The position numbers and the translations under genes are program-made. A stretch of 64,000 nt of DNA, from the NCBI GenBank assembly GCA_003598135.1, contig QZKA01000019.1, forward strand, positions 41,690-105,689, read 5' to 3'. The notes beneath the pieces were generated by a model that saw only the letters and a list, made by a program, of their open reading frames with translations, made no database searches and had not been told where the DNA came from. Position 1 is the first letter of the stretch. Each line of letters starts with the position of its first letter. Positions 50,067 through 60,565 of the stretch are shown here, piece by piece. Source of the stretch: Candidatus Omnitrophota bacterium. GTDB taxonomy: Bacteria > Omnitrophota > Gorgyraeia > Gygaellales > Profunditerraquicolaceae.

Positions 50067-51620
50067 TCACCGAGGAGCCTTTCTGATATCAAACACTATA
50101 AACAAAGCCACTAACGCTATAATCCAACCGATAACAACAAGTGTAATGGACGGCTTTGCTATGTGGCGCTTTCCGTGCGGATCGGGGTTTTCGTAAATAT
50201 ACACAAGCTCGGTTTCCCCCACTTTTCGCAAGTCGTACTTATTGATTAAAGAATACGGCTGGCCTGGCGCATCTGAAGCGTCTTTAAGCCATACGATTAT
50301 CTTTGCCGCTTTTACCGCGTCTAGCCTGATTACCGGCTTGACCTCTCTGAGCATGATATTAGAAGTTACCCTTTGCGTCAATATCGCCAGGGCGCCGGAA
50401 AAGTAATCGAAATTACTGTATACTATATCGTCTTCGCGAGAATGCCCTTTTACCAGGCTCGCTATTTCGCGATAAAACCTCGGATGCCAGATCGACAACT
50501 CAAGAGGGCCATGATGGCTTTTCCACTGCGGCATAAGGTTTATCAACGTAGATTGCGATAGTAAAAATACCGGCTTGCCTTTCGAAAACCTTACCGTAGG
50601 CGAAAATATCAGAATCGCAATCGCCGTTGCAATTGCAAAAGAATGGGCATGCCGTTTTAAGGAAAGTGCGTAAAGATACTCAAAGGCTACGCCTGCAAGC
50701 AGTGCACAGGCAACCATGCCTTCACCGCTTACGTAGCGATAGGTCAGCTGAGAAAGAAAAACAAAAAAACTAATAGCCAGCGCAATAAAGAAATAATACC
50801 TTCCCTTTAGCTTCGCGCAACGAACAATGCCCCCAATTGCAAGGGCGATAATCAGAATATGTATACCTACCTCTTTGTTCTCTTTAAGATAAACGAATGA
50901 AAAAAAAGCACGCTGCGTGTATTCGTGGATAAGTATTGGCAAGGCGCACAGGAGCGCTGCGATTGACACGAGGAAATAGGTCCTGCGCCTCTCTCTTACT
51001 AAAACTGCGTACAGTATAAACGTAAAGAGAAAAATCCAAGACAGCAACGCATGGGAATAAAAGGCACATGCAAGTAAGAGCAGAGAGGCAATCCTTTTGC
51101 CCTTCTCCGCGCAAAGAAAACTAAACATACCAAAAAGCATCGCCAGGGTAGAAGCAGTTGTGTTGATGAAAGAAAGGTAGAGCGAAAAAGGCACGGACAA
51201 AAACAAAAGGACAAAAAATGCCAATCTTGCATTAAATAACTTTTTTATACAATACCAGAATACGAAAAGGGCCAAAGGATAAAAAAGGAAATGTAGTAAT
51301 CGGGCAATAACGATATCGGAAAGACCTAGTTTATACCCGGTAAGCATTATGATATGTAAAAGTGGCGGATAAAGATGGGGTATGCCTGATGGCGCTGCCT
51401 GCCAGAAGCTATGCGTCACATAGCCTCCGGCCATATCAAAGCCGTGCATCACGGAAAGATGGTAATACACATCCAAAAAGAGCGGGAACATCCTCCATCG
51501 CAGGTACTGTAATACTATATATAAAGCCAGCAACCCAAGCGCATATAAATCCCAAGAAGGGACAAACTTGGGATTTTCCGGGCGGGGGGTTTCTTTCTTG
51601 TCGCTACCTTGTGTGTGCAT
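50067..51620 (-). CDS. Polytopic membrane protein, GT-C-like glycosyltransferase
   Basis: About 11-12 hydrophobic helices; LDVYYH acidic motif in first loop, HLYPPLLH, extracytoplasmic C-terminal domain and final TM. Confidence 0.6.
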   Translation of the reverse strand: MHTQGSDKKETPRPENPKFVPSWDLYALGLLALYIVLQYLRWRMFPLFLDVYYHLSVMHGFDMAGGYVTHSFWQAAPSGIPHLYPPLLHIIMLTGYKLGLSDIVIARLLHFLFYPLALFVFWYCIKKLFNARLAFFVLLFLSVPFSLYLSFINTTASTLAMLFGMFSFLCAEKGKRIASLLLLACAFYSHALLSWIFLFTFILYAVLVRERRRTYFLVSIAALLCALPILIHEYTQRAFFSFVYLKENKEVGIHILIIALAIGGIVRCAKLKGRYYFFIALAISFFVFLSQLTYRYVSGEGMVACALLAGVAFEYLYALSLKRHAHSFAIATAIAILIFSPTVRFSKGKPVFLLSQSTLINLMPQWKSHHGPLELSIWHPRFYREIASLVKGHSREDDIVYSNFDYFSGALAILTQRVTSNIMLREVKPVIRLDAVKAAKIIVWLKDASDAPGQPYSLINKYDLRKVGETELVYIYENPDPHGKRHIAKPSITLVVIGWIIALVALFIVFDIRKAPR

Positions 51621-51654
51621 AAAAAAATAGAAAAAACAGAAAGATTGTCGTGTG

Positions 51655-51742
51655 AGATAAAACCGGGAACCTGGGCACTAGACGGATTCCTTGCCCCCTA
51701 CGTTGCCAATGGCTGCACGCTTTTAAGAGTGGTATTTTATCC
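51655..51742 (-). ncRNA. Candidate structured leader RNA, c-di-GMP-I (GEMM)-like variant
   Basis: AAAAGCGUGCAGCCAUUG-GCAA-CGUAGGGGGCAAGGAAUCCGUCUAGUGCCCAGGUUCCCGGUUUU; GNRA loop, GC-AAG junction, GUCUA, closing GGUUCCCG; U-rich tract before the next ATG. Confidence 0.3.
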
Positions 51743-52603
51743 GCTGATCCCCTTCTGTAATTTTGCTGCGTTAATAAGATTGCGCATCAGCATGAATACG
51801 GTTAAAGGGCCGACTCCGCCGGGGACGGGAGTGATAAAAGAGGCTCTTGTCATCGCCGTGCTGAATTCAATATCGCCGATAAGTGTATCGCCTACTTGAT
51901 TTATCCCTACGTCAATAACAATTGCCCCCTCTTTAATCCAGCTCCCTTTTATCAACGCGGGCCTCCCGATCGCTGCGACTAAAATATCTGCGCTTCGCAC
52001 AAACTCTTCTAGTTTCCCGGCCTTACTGGTGCCGGAATGGCATATAGTAACAGTGGGTGATTTCTCTAATAATAAAAATATGAGCGGTTTACCGACAATT
52101 TCGCTCCTTCCGACAATCACCGCATTTTTTCCAGATAAATCAATTCCCGTTGCGTTGATAAGTTCCATGACCGCAGCAGCGGTACAAGGAATAAAACGTG
52201 CCTGGCCTAAAAGGAGCTTACCTAAATTCTCGGGATGTATCCCTTCTACATCCTTATCCACGCGGATGCCCTGACTTATTTTCCTGTCATCGATGTGCGC
52301 AGGACAAGGAAGCTGAACGATAATACCGTTAACCGAATCGTCGCTATTTAGTTGCTTGACCTGGCCAATCAACTCCTTTTCCGTAGTGCTTCCTGTAAAA
52401 TGCTTCAGGCGATATTCAATACCAAGCCCCTCTGCGGCTTTCTTCTGCATCGAGGTATAAATCCCTACGCCCTTATTATCACCGACCTCAATAGATGCCA
52501 GAACGGGCGCGGAACCCGTCCTTTGCGCAAACTCCTTGATATCCGCTTCCAAGGTTGCTTTGATTTTACCTGTAAGTTGTTTACCCTGCAATAATGTCGC
52601 CAA
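51737..52603 (-). CDS. folD: Methylenetetrahydrofolate dehydrogenase (FolD; cyclohydrolase Lys replaced)
   Basis: GIIVQLP, KDVEG, PCT, GRSEIVGKP, DVGIN, TPVPGGVGP. Confidence 0.95.
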   Translation of the reverse strand: MATLLQGKQLTGKIKATLEADIKEFAQRTGSAPVLASIEVGDNKGVGIYTSMQKKAAEGLGIEYRLKHFTGSTTEKELIGQVKQLNSDDSVNGIIVQLPCPAHIDDRKISQGIRVDKDVEGIHPENLGKLLLGQARFIPCTAAAVMELINATGIDLSGKNAVIVGRSEIVGKPLIFLLLEKSPTVTICHSGTSKAGKLEEFVRSADILVAAIGRPALIKGSWIKEGAIVIDVGINQVGDTLIGDIEFSTAMTRASFITPVPGGVGPLTVFMLMRNLINAAKLQKGISG

Positions 52604-53144
52604 TTTTTGCCTCTGTCTGTTGCCTGATACGCAAGACCGTCTTTGAGTTTCGCCTTATCCTGGCCCTTAGTTTCTTGGTAAGATTTTGGTCTTTCATATA
52701 TTTGAGGTTAATGATTACGTTGAAATAGGCACTTGAAAAACCGGCCTCAATCAAGATAGCCGCAACCGCAACGTCGCTGAGTAAATGGCTATTGCCCATT
52801 TTTATCAAATCGGGGCAGAGCCTGATGGCGGCAACGCATAATTCTAAGGTCTTAAGGGGCACATTGAGACACTTCTTGATATTTTTACTTTTAAAGGCCT
52901 CTACGTCTAAATCAACCAAATCCAGGAGCTGCCTTCTTAATTTCTCCGACTGAGTAAGGATAAGGGTAAGGCGGTCATAGTATTTGGCGTATTTTTGCTT
53001 GCCCAGTGTAAATTCCACTACCATACTAATAAGGCATGTGCCCAAGCAAGCGCTTAGCGCAGCGCACGAGCCTCCGCCAGGGGCGGGCAACCGAGCAGCT
53101 AAATCGTCCGTATATTTCTTAAGGGCTTGATTCTTATACACCAC
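52581..53144 (-). CDS. fchA: Methenyl-THF cyclohydrolase / formiminotetrahydrofolate cyclodeaminase family
   Basis: PAPGGGS, MVVEFT, D..AF, VPL, GNSHLLSD, NVIINL. Confidence 0.85.
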   Translation of the reverse strand: MVYKNQALKKYTDDLAARLPAPGGGSCAALSACLGTCLISMVVEFTLGKQKYAKYYDRLTLILTQSEKLRRQLLDLVDLDVEAFKSKNIKKCLNVPLKTLELCVAAIRLCPDLIKMGNSHLLSDVAVAAILIEAGFSSAYFNVIINLKYMKDQNLTKKLRARIRRNSKTVLRIRQQTEAKIGDIIAG

Positions 53145-53201
53145 CGCTTCCTCTTTCCTCTGTTATTCTTCTCTATGCTAACTTTTAAAAATAACAAGAT
53201 A

Positions 53202-53230
53202 ATTGTAACACCTTCCTACGGCACGGTCAA
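53202..53230 (-). promoter_or_regulatory. Sigma70 promoter of fchA-folD
   Basis: TTGACC-17-TACAAT. Confidence 0.6.
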
Positions 53231-53255
53231 GCGCTTGTCGCTTGAGAAGGCTTGA

Positions 53256-53636
53256 TTAGTAGGAGAAATTTCCTTGCGCCTGGAAAGCTCCCTTCAATAA
53301 TTCGGTAGTTGCCTGGCTTCCCCTCCTGATCACCGAAACAATATCAAATCTTATTTTGACTTGCGGCAAGCGGTTCTCCTTCAGAAACATAAGGGCTGCG
53401 CAAGTAATGCGCCTTTGTTTCTCTTTGCCCACGGCTTCTTTAGGGTGGACGAGAAAATCAGATTTTCTCATTTTGACTTCAACAAAACAGATAGTCCCCG
53501 CATCTTCCGCAACAATATCAATTTCCCCGAGCCGGGTTTTATAGTTTTTAGCCAAAATACGGTAGCCCTGCTGCCGTAAACATAATACAGCTACCTCTTC
53601 CCCGTGTTTGCCGGTAAGATAATTTGTGTTAGACAC
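53256..53636 (-). CDS. YraN (UPF0102) family nuclease-fold protein
   Basis: GKHGE, GEIDIV, FVEVK, RFD; follows rnhB. Confidence 0.9.
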   Translation of the reverse strand: MSNTNYLTGKHGEEVAVLCLRQQGYRILAKNYKTRLGEIDIVAEDAGTICFVEVKMRKSDFLVHPKEAVGKEKQRRITCAALMFLKENRLPQVKIRFDIVSVIRRGSQATTELLKGAFQAQGNFSY

Positions 53637-54231
53637 TGCAAAAGGTAGTCCTGTGTATACGCGAAGGGCCGAATTTCTTTATGGCCAATTTATGGGATTT
53701 TGTGGGATATCCTTTGTGACGAAGAAAACCATAGCGGGGGTATACCGTATCATAAATGGACATTATGCGATCCCTTGTCACTTTGGCGATAATGGAAGCG
53801 CATGCTATGGATTTAGAACGTCCGTCACCCCGGATAATATTTGTACAACTCAAATGGATGAAAGGTCGAATATCGCCGTCGACAAGCACGTGTATGTCCC
53901 CTTCCTGGCAACGGGGCAGTTTCTCCGAAAGCTTGCGAATCGCTTCTTCCATCGCAATACGGGTCGCCACCGCGATGTTCAAGCGGTCGATGATCTTTTC
54001 ATTCACCACGCCGATGCCAAAAAGAGATTTCTGAATAATTTCATGGAAGGCGTTTTCTCTTTGGGTAGGAGTCAATTTCTTTGAATCATCGATACGGTTT
54101 TGAAAACGATACGTGGAAAGAAAAGCTGCCGCCGCAACTACAGGCCCTGCCAACGGCCCTCTACCGGCTTCATCCACGCCAATGATAAAAGTAAAACCCT
54201 TTTTTCTAAACTTCCGTTCGAAATAGAGCAC
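53629..54231 (-). CDS. rnhB: Ribonuclease HII
   Basis: GVDEAGRGPLAGPV, DSKKL, VDG, SIACASIIAKVTRD, HKGY. Confidence 0.97.
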   Translation of the reverse strand: MLYFERKFRKKGFTFIIGVDEAGRGPLAGPVVAAAAFLSTYRFQNRIDDSKKLTPTQRENAFHEIIQKSLFGIGVVNEKIIDRLNIAVATRIAMEEAIRKLSEKLPRCQEGDIHVLVDGDIRPFIHLSCTNIIRGDGRSKSIACASIIAKVTRDRIMSIYDTVYPRYGFLRHKGYPTKSHKLAIKKFGPSRIHRTTFCSV

Positions 54232-54234
54232 GTC

Positions 54235-54603
54235 CTAGCCCTGGTTTTTTGCTAAGACTTCCTCTTTTGTCTTGATTTTCGTGGCACGTTTTCCGACTTT
54301 ACCCCTGAGGTAATACAGCCTTGCGCGCTTGACCTTGCCTCGCCGGATCACTTCTATCCGTTCGATGCTGGGAGAATACACGGGGAAAACACGCTCAATG
54401 CCCTCGCCGTAAGAAATCTTTCTTACCACAAAACTCCTATGTAGACCGGAACCTTTTTGCGCGATTACCACACCCTCAAACGGATGAAGGCGTATTTTAT
54501 CCCCTTCTGCAATCTTGGAAAGCACTTTCACTGTATCGCCTACCGAAAATTGCGGTACGTCTTTTTTTGTATACTCTTGCTCAACCAATTTCATCTTGTC
54601 CAT
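54235..54603 (-). CDS. rplS: 50S ribosomal protein L19
   Basis: [27 protein letters not shown]. Confidence 0.97.
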   Translation of the reverse strand: MDKMKLVEQEYTKKDVPQFSVGDTVKVLSKIAEGDKIRLHPFEGVVIAQKGSGLHRSFVVRKISYGEGIERVFPVYSPSIERIEVIRRGKVKRARLYYLRGKVGKRATKIKTKEEVLAKNQG

Positions 54604-54617
54604 TGATGCTTCCTCCT

Positions 54618-55307
54618 TTATTGCTTCAATAAATCAGGCCGCTTACGCTTTGTCCTCTTTAAGGCCTGTTCCTTCCTCCATGCCTCAATATGCGAGTGGT
54701 CACCCGATAAGAGAAGGTTGGGAACCTCAAGCCCCCGGAATGCGGCGGGCCTGGTGTAATGCGGATATTCTAATAGGTTACCTTCAAAAGACTCAAATTT
54801 CAAGGAATTTTTATCACCGAGGACCCCTGGCAATAACCGCACCAAACAATCGACAAAAACCATCGCTGGCAGTTCTCCCCCCGTCAGCACGTAATCACCA
54901 ATAGAAATTTCATCGTCTACGAGGCTAGTCCTTACCCTTTCGTCTACCCCTTCGTAACGCCCGCAAATCAGTATGAGCTGCTTGTATTTGGTAAACCTTT
55001 TAATACGCTTCTGATCGAGCCTAGTTCCCTGAGGAGTAAGCAACACCACCCTGCGCTTCGCACTTTCCACATTGCCCTGCCGCACTAAAGCCTCCACCGC
55101 TTCAAAAATCGGCTGAGGTGTCATTACCATCCCCGAGCCTCCCCCAAAAGGACGGTCGTCGACCTTCTTGTGTTTGTCGGAAGAATAATCCCTGAGGTTA
55201 TGCATCAGTATTCTGACTTTCCCTTTTTCGCGCGCCCTCTTGATAATTGACTCTTCGATAATGGGCATACACATGCCGGGGAAAATGGTAAGGATATCTA
55301 TCCGCAT
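54618..55307 (-). CDS. trmD: tRNA (guanine-N1)-methyltransferase
   Basis: [46 protein letters not shown]. Confidence 0.97.
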   Translation of the reverse strand: MRIDILTIFPGMCMPIIEESIIKRAREKGKVRILMHNLRDYSSDKHKKVDDRPFGGGSGMVMTPQPIFEAVEALVRQGNVESAKRRVVLLTPQGTRLDQKRIKRFTKYKQLILICGRYEGVDERVRTSLVDDEISIGDYVLTGGELPAMVFVDCLVRLLPGVLGDKNSLKFESFEGNLLEYPHYTRPAAFRGLEVPNLLLSGDHSHIEAWRKEQALKRTKRKRPDLLKQ

Positions 55308-55345
55308 ATTTTTAAACTACCTACCGGTGATACCTTAAGACGGTA

Positions 55346-56854
<1,509 letters not shown>

Positions 56855-56858
<4 letters not shown>

Positions 56859-57160
56859 CTCATGCCTTTTACATATTTAAGGGCTTCCCAGGTAAATATG
56901 CAACAGAAAGGGATAACCACAAAGAATAAAACCTCTTCAAGCGGTAGATTGAGTATCTTTACAACCCCCACCCCTAAAGGATCAAAATACCAGTGGTGGC
57001 GGCTTACCGCAATCACATCCCAGGCCCCGAAGATACCTACGATGCTAAAAATGCTTGCAATCAGGGGTTTGATGTTTTTGTAAAAACTTAGTTTTGGCCA
57101 GAAACTTAACGCAAACGGAAGGCTCCCTGCAAAAATCAAAACAAGCATATATCTAGACAT
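56855..57160 (-). CDS. Lycopene cyclase domain protein (heterodimeric CrtYc/Yd-type subunit)
   Basis: About 101 aa; AWDVIAV..HWYF, LNLPLEEVLFFVVIPF; ATGA overlap with its partner. Confidence 0.87.
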
Positions 57161-57167
57161 ATGCATT

Positions 57168-57238
57168 ATTGTATGCTAAACCTTTTTCCTTTTCAAATAA
57201 AAGTTTGGCTTGCGCTGAATATAGCGAAAGGATACAAT
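57168..57238. promoter_or_regulatory. Back-to-back divergent sigma70 promoters for crtB and the cyclase pair
   Basis: Minus: TTGAAA-17-TACAAT (57196-57168). Plus: TTGCGC-17-TACAAT (57210-57238). Each -10 is 6-7 nt from an ATG. Confidence 0.55.
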
Positions 57239-57244
57239 GAATGC

Positions 57245-58159
57245 ATGAATCACTTTTCGCATGCCGAAAAAATAAAAAAGGGGTTTGCGCTCTCCAAAGA
57301 CATCACCAAGCAATACGCAACTACCTACTACTTTGCTTCTCTGTTTCTGCCACGGCAGATACGCCCTCCTGTGTATGCGTTGTATACCGTCTGCAGGATA
57401 AGCGACGAGTGCGTCGATAATAACTCACCCGAGGCGATGCAAGAGGCGCTTACAAAAATCAAAGACTCGATTGCAAGTGCCTATACGCAACAGGAATGCG
57501 CAAACGAAATCCTCTGCGCATTCAAAGACGTCGTAGAACGTTATCAAATTCCTAAGGCCTATTTTGATGAACTACTCCGGGGCATTACTATGGATCTTAC
57601 CAGGCGGCGATATGAGTCGTTTAACGAATTATACCGCTACTGTTACCGAGTAGCAGGAGTGGTCGGATTACTAATGCTTAAGATATTTGGGTGCCAAGAC
57701 TTACGCGCGCAAGAGTATGCGGTAAAATTAGGAGTAGCAATGCAACTTACTAACATCGTACGCGACGTAAAAGAAGATTACGCAAAGGGAAGGATTTATC
57801 TGCCCCAGGATGAACTCATGCAATACCGAGTCTCCGAGGCCGATATCGCACACGCCACCCTTACGCAAGAGCTTAAGGCATTGTTACAGTTTCAGATCAA
57901 AAGGGCAAGGCAATTTTACGAAGATTCCCTCAATGGTATCACCATGATCAAAGGCATGCGGATACGACTGGTTATTATTTTGATGGCGGCCTTATACGCA
58001 CGGATACTCAATGTGATAGAGCGCGCCCGTTACAACGTCTTTGCGCGCCGCGCGCGTGTAGGCCTCACCGAAAAACTACTCCTTGTTGCCTTTTCCTTAG
58101 TCAGATTGATTATGTATCAGATCGGCAACAATCCGAGAGCCGGCAATCACCACCGGTAG
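57245..58159 (+). CDS. crtB: Phytoene/squalene synthase family, phytoene synthase
   Basis: Start MNHFS; TYYFAS, LYTVCRISDECVD, YCYRVAGVVG, LGVAMQLTNIVRDVKED, GRIYLP. Confidence 0.9.
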   Translation: MNHFSHAEKIKKGFALSKDITKQYATTYYFASLFLPRQIRPPVYALYTVCRISDECVDNNSPEAMQEALTKIKDSIASAYTQQECANEILCAFKDVVERYQIPKAYFDELLRGITMDLTRRRYESFNELYRYCYRVAGVVGLLMLKIFGCQDLRAQEYAVKLGVAMQLTNIVRDVKEDYAKGRIYLPQDELMQYRVSEADIAHATLTQELKALLQFQIKRARQFYEDSLNGITMIKGMRIRLVIILMAALYARILNVIERARYNVFARRARVGLTEKLLLVAFSLVRLIMYQIGNNPRAGNHHR

Positions 58160-59548
58160 CCCCCCACCCGGCTGAGTACTTGCTCCCACAAAATAAAGGC
58201 CCTTCATCGCAGACTCGTAATTCATGGGTCTGAAAAAAGCGCTCTGCATAAGGTTGTGCGCCAAGCCAAAAGTAGCGCCGTGCTTGATATTGTAGTATGA
58301 AATAAAATCTGAGGGATAAAACGCATGGCTTGTTTCAATCAAGTCCTGGACCCTTGTCCCGGCACTCCTATTGATCTTTTCAAACACAAGGTCCTTTATC
58401 TTCTTCTCGAAAGGCGCGAAATTATCGCTGCTGCCGTCAAGATTCGGCACCGGCACAAGGATGTAGAGTATTTCTTTCCCCGGGGGCGAAAGTGACGGGT
58501 CCGTTACCGTGGGCACATGCACGTAAAAAGAAGAATCGTCAGGCGCAATTTTCGTCTTAAAGATCTGAGAGAGATTCTTCCTCAGGTCCTCAGAAAAAAA
58601 CAGGTTGTGATGTGCCAGGCCCGTCAATTTCTTCTTCAGTCCCAGATATATAAGGTAGACGGAACAGGAATATTTAAAACGAGGGATCTTGCGCCCCAAA
58701 AGATCTGTTTGGGCATAGGCATAATCGGCATTCACCACTACCGCATCGCTCTCAAAGGAGCCCTGGTCGCAAGAAAGCAGGAAAACACCATTATGCTTCC
58801 TGATGCGGCGTATCGCGCAGTTGTAGCGAAAAGATGCCCCGGCACTGGTTGCCAGCCTTTCTAAGGCGTGCGGGATCTGGTACATGCCGCCGAGAGGATG
58901 GTAAATCTTTTGCACATGGTCGGCATAGGTGATAATACTATAAAATGCCGGGGTCTCAAACGGGGAGACACCGACAAACATTGCCTCAAAGGTAAAGGCG
59001 TAGCAAAGTTTGTCGCTTCTAAAAAATCTTTTCGTAAAATCCCAGTAGGATTCGAATATCTTTAGCCTGCCGATGAGGGGCCAGTATTTGGGATTGCCTA
59101 ACGCCACGGGAGAGAAACAACGATATAGAAGCGGCCTGACCTGTGTATATATTTCTGAGATTGCTTTGATTAGCCTTTCAAATGCTTCGGAAGAACCTTT
59201 TTCAATCCGTTCCATTTCCTGCTTAGTACGCTGTGAGTCTTTAAAAACGGTAAAAGATGTACCATCGGGATAAAAGATCTTATAGCCCGGATCAAGCGCT
59301 ATAAACGTAAGATAATCCTTGATGTCTTTTTGGCAATAACGAAATAATTCTTCAAAGAAATCGGGCATCAATACAAAAGAAGGCCCCATGTCGAACTTAA
59401 ACCCACTGTCTTCCAGTATGTTATTGCGGCCTCCGCTGTGCGCAAGCTTTTCGTATACCGTTACCTCATATCCTTTATGGGCCAGCCTTGCTGCAGTTGC
59501 CAAGCCCCCCACGCCGGCGCCGACTATCGCTACCCTCTTGCGCATCAT
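58097..59548 (-). CDS. crtI: Phytoene desaturase family protein
   Basis: VGAGVGGLA, GGR, FDMGPS, GGM, HHNLFF, FYVHVP, LVPVP, GATFGLAH..QSAFFRP, YFVGASTQPGGGLP. Confidence 0.9.
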   Translation of the reverse strand: MMRKRVAIVGAGVGGLATAARLAHKGYEVTVYEKLAHSGGRNNILEDSGFKFDMGPSFVLMPDFFEELFRYCQKDIKDYLTFIALDPGYKIFYPDGTSFTVFKDSQRTKQEMERIEKGSSEAFERLIKAISEIYTQVRPLLYRCFSPVALGNPKYWPLIGRLKIFESYWDFTKRFFRSDKLCYAFTFEAMFVGVSPFETPAFYSIITYADHVQKIYHPLGGMYQIPHALERLATSAGASFRYNCAIRRIRKHNGVFLLSCDQGSFESDAVVVNADYAYAQTDLLGRKIPRFKYSCSVYLIYLGLKKKLTGLAHHNLFFSEDLRKNLSQIFKTKIAPDDSSFYVHVPTVTDPSLSPPGKEILYILVPVPNLDGSSDNFAPFEKKIKDLVFEKINRSAGTRVQDLIETSHAFYPSDFISYYNIKHGATFGLAHNLMQSAFFRPMNYESAMKGLYFVGASTQPGGGLPVVIAGSRIVADLIHNQSD

Positions 59549-59562
59549 GACTCCTTAATGTG

Positions 59563-60555
59563 TCACAAAATCAACATCGCGTCTCCATAACTATAGAAAC
59601 GGTATTTGCGTGCAACAGCCTCTTTATAGGCTTTGCGCACTAACGAAGACCCCGCAAATGCGCATACAAGTATAAAAAGGGTAGTACAGGGAAGGTGGAA
59701 ATTTGTCAAAAGCGTATCAACATAACGGAATGTATAGCCCGGGTAAATAAACAAGTCCGTATAACCCTGCTCCTCTCCGGAAGCAGCGTATGCCTCCATG
59801 GCCCGGCAACTCGTGGTCCCGACCGCAATTATCCGCGAGTGGCTCTTTCGTGCCCCTTCTATCAGCCGGATCGCCTCTTTGTTTATGTGGTAATACTCTC
59901 TCTCCATCTGATGCGTTATCACATCGGCGGCCTTTACCGGCTTAAAGGTGGCTGCGTTTATGTGAAGCGTGAGGAATGTTTTTTTTATGCCGCACGCAGT
60001 TACCTCTTCAAGTAAATCCTCGGTAAAATGCAGGCCCGCAGTAGGAGCAGCAATTGCGCCTTCGTTTTTGGCATACACTGTTTGATAATAGGCCGCATCT
60101 AGCTCTTCAGGTATCCTCTTGATATAGGGAGGCAGTGGCATAACGCCGGCGCGGTATATCTGGTCAACGCTATCCACAATAAACCGTACTTGGTTCCTGG
60201 AGATAATTTCACAGGAAAGCCCACCCCCGTTAAGTAGTATTGTTTCACCGGCTTTTAGCCTTCCCGGCTTTATCAATGCCTCGAATACCCCCTCCTGCCT
60301 TTCTCGTAAGAGCAACAATTCCACCTTGCCGCCAGTCGCCCTCTTGCCTATGAGGCGGCAGGAAAGCACTTTGGTATCATTAAGTACAAGCGCATCCCCC
60401 GGAGAAAAAAAACGCGTAAAATCCTTAAACATGCCGTGCGTGACGGTGCCTTTATTGCGGTCCAGCACCAGAAGCCGGCAGGCCTTACGATCTTTTAAAG
60501 GGTACTGCGCAATTAATTCCTTGGGTAAATGATAATCAAAATCAGTTAGTCTCAT
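59563..60555 (-). CDS. queA: S-adenosylmethionine:tRNA ribosyltransferase-isomerase
   Basis: FDYHLP, IAQ, PLPPYI, YQTVYA, AAPTAGLHF, VGTT, TNFH, YRFYSYGD. Confidence 0.97.
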   Translation of the reverse strand: MRLTDFDYHLPKELIAQYPLKDRKACRLLVLDRNKGTVTHGMFKDFTRFFSPGDALVLNDTKVLSCRLIGKRATGGKVELLLLRERQEGVFEALIKPGRLKAGETILLNGGGLSCEIISRNQVRFIVDSVDQIYRAGVMPLPPYIKRIPEELDAAYYQTVYAKNEGAIAAPTAGLHFTEDLLEEVTACGIKKTFLTLHINAATFKPVKAADVITHQMEREYYHINKEAIRLIEGARKSHSRIIAVGTTSCRAMEAYAASGEEQGYTDLFIYPGYTFRYVDTLLTNFHLPCTTLFILVCAFAGSSLVRKAYKEAVARKYRFYSYGDAMLIL

Positions 60556-60565
60556 ACAAGGATTA

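Noticed and set aside
51655-51750. THF riboswitch, T-box, SAM-I, SRP or 6S RNA near folD
   Set aside because: Only short isolated motif matches (ATCCGCTG, AGTGGTA, GGCAAC), in the wrong orientation or without the required core elements.
57161-57244. Longer crtB start (MHYCML...)
   Set aside because: It spans the divergent promoter region; family-like sequence begins after MNHFS.
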